From Promethearchaeota archaeon (GTDB taxonomy: Archaea; Asgardarchaeota; Lokiarchaeia; Sigyniarchaeales; SOKP01): DNA of 64,000 nt. This document shows positions 62,892-64,000 of this stretch, in pieces. Every line of letters starts with the position of its first letter. Within the stretch, counting starts at the first letter, position 1. The notes beneath the pieces are model-generated. The model worked only from the letters and a program-made list of their open reading frames with translations. It ran no database searches and was not told the DNA's origin. The stretch spans positions 8,274 through 72,273 of the forward strand of contig JBHLOC010000028.1 of NCBI GenBank assembly GCA_048940925.1, in the 5' to 3' direction. The position numbers were made by a program, and so were the translations under genes.

Positions 62892-64000
62892 ATGGAAATT
62901 TTATTAATTCAAGAAACTGATTGGTTCTTAAAGGGTCCTGGACCACAACACCACCTGTGTGAAAGATTAGCAAGTAAAAATGGTAATAATTTAATTGTTT
63001 TTGATTATGATATTGATAAAATCGAAAAGATAACATCAAAGATTATTAAGAAAAAAATATTTAAAGATGCTTATCGTACAATTGCTAAATCAAATGTTAA
63101 AGTTATCCGTTCATTATGCTTAAGAATTCCATATGTTAATAGAATTTCTTCTTTAATTATGAATTTCTTTAATATTGGTAATTATATTCGAAAAAATCGT
63201 CCTTCAATAATTATAAATCTTTCAATTACCAATGGTTTGATTGCTTATTTTTACTCTCGATTATATCATATACCTTTTATTTTTCATTATGTGGACATAC
63301 TACATGAGCTTGTACCGATTGCTTCAATTCGTAGATTTGCTCGTGTTATGGCTCGATTCCTACTTAGTAATTCAGATTTAATATTCGTTTTAAATGAAAC
63401 ACATAAAAATTTTGTCATTAACGAGATAAAAAATAAAACTAGCGTTAAAATACTACCAAATGGAATTTCTTTAGAAAATACAAAAGTAGATTCTATTAAA
63501 TTGCAAAATTTAAGGAAAAAGCATAATATTGGTGAAAATGATACCGTATTATTATTTATGGGAAGATTATATGAGTTTGCTGGTCTTTTGGATATTGTAA
63601 AATTTTATAATAAAGACATAATGAATAAAAAATTGAATCTTAAGTTTTTAATCCTCGGAATTGGAGAAATATATTCGCAATTAAAAAAATATATAGAAGA
63701 TAATGGTATTGATTGGGTGATATTAACTGGGTTAGTACCATTTAATACTTTAGCAAATTACTTAGAATTGGGAGATCTATGTTTACAATCTTTTAAAAAA
63801 AACAATATTACAAAAGAAATAACTCCAATAAAACTACTTGAATATATGGCAATGAAAAAACCTGTTCTATCTACAAAATTACCAGGAATTTATAAACAAT
63901 TTGGAGAAAATAATGGAATAATTTTTACTTATGATCAATCTACGATGATTAAGAAAATTAGAGAATTAATTAATCGTAAAGATTATTTGAAGCAAGTTGG
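62892..64000 (+). CDS. Glycosyltransferase family 4 (3' end runs off the window)
   Basis: Not in the ORF track. Translates as MEILLIQETDWFLKGPGPQHHLCERL...LPNGI...FMGRL...TPIKLLEYMAMKKPV. Confidence 0.88.
   Translation, partial: MEILLIQETDWFLKGPGPQHHLCERLASKNGNNLIVFDYDIDKIEKITSKIIKKKIFKDAYRTIAKSNVKVIRSLCLRIPYVNRISSLIMNFFNIGNYIRKNRPSIIINLSITNGLIAYFYSRLYHIPFIFHYVDILHELVPIASIRRFARVMARFLLSNSDLIFVLNETHKNFVINEIKNKTSVKILPNGISLENTKVDSIKLQNLRKKHNIGENDTVLLFMGRLYEFAGLLDIVKFYNKDIMNKKLNLKFLILGIGEIYSQLKKYIEDNGIDWVILTGLVPFNTLANYLELGDLCLQSFKKNNITKEITPIKLLEYMAMKKPVLSTKLPGIYKQFGENNGIIFTYDQSTMIKKIRELINRKDYLKQV

Noticed and set aside
1-64000. CRISPR arrays, rRNA genes, IS elements, integrase or provirus at the tRNA
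   Set aside because: I saw no regularly spaced repeats, rRNA-like GC-rich tracts, transposase or integrase motifs, or duplicated tRNA 3' end. This was checked by eye only.

Overview
AT-rich archaeal DNA with the gene content of an Asgard archaeon, most likely Lokiarchaeia. This is inferred from a Loki-CTERM-type IPGY tail, Rab- and Arf-like GTPases, a roadblock protein, and ubiquitin-system E1 and E2 genes. Bases 1-25 kb hold housekeeping and eukaryotic-signature genes: HDAC, PDCD5, M1 peptidase, tRNA-Tyr, E2, E1, a 2124-aa helical-repeat protein, a RACo activator, GTPases and aspartate kinase. Bases 25-64 kb are a surface-glycosylation island (7 GT4, 3 GT2, 2 flippases, 2 epimerases, AsnB, a sulfotransferase and GT-C-like membrane proteins). 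Top finding: the UBA3/UBA2-like E1 gene is split inside its GxGxxG motif by a 30-nt stop-containing insert (8159-8188). The insert folds into a near-canonical bulge-helix-bulge (BHB) motif whose predicted cut sites restore GVGALG exactly, so it is a candidate tRNA-endonuclease-spliced mRNA intron in the ubiquitin system. Other findings: a two-intron tRNA-Tyr with relaxed BHBs and C54, three genes that appear to start at ATT, and a collapsed phosphonate (pepM/ppd) cluster. All calls come from reading motifs by eye; no searches were run.
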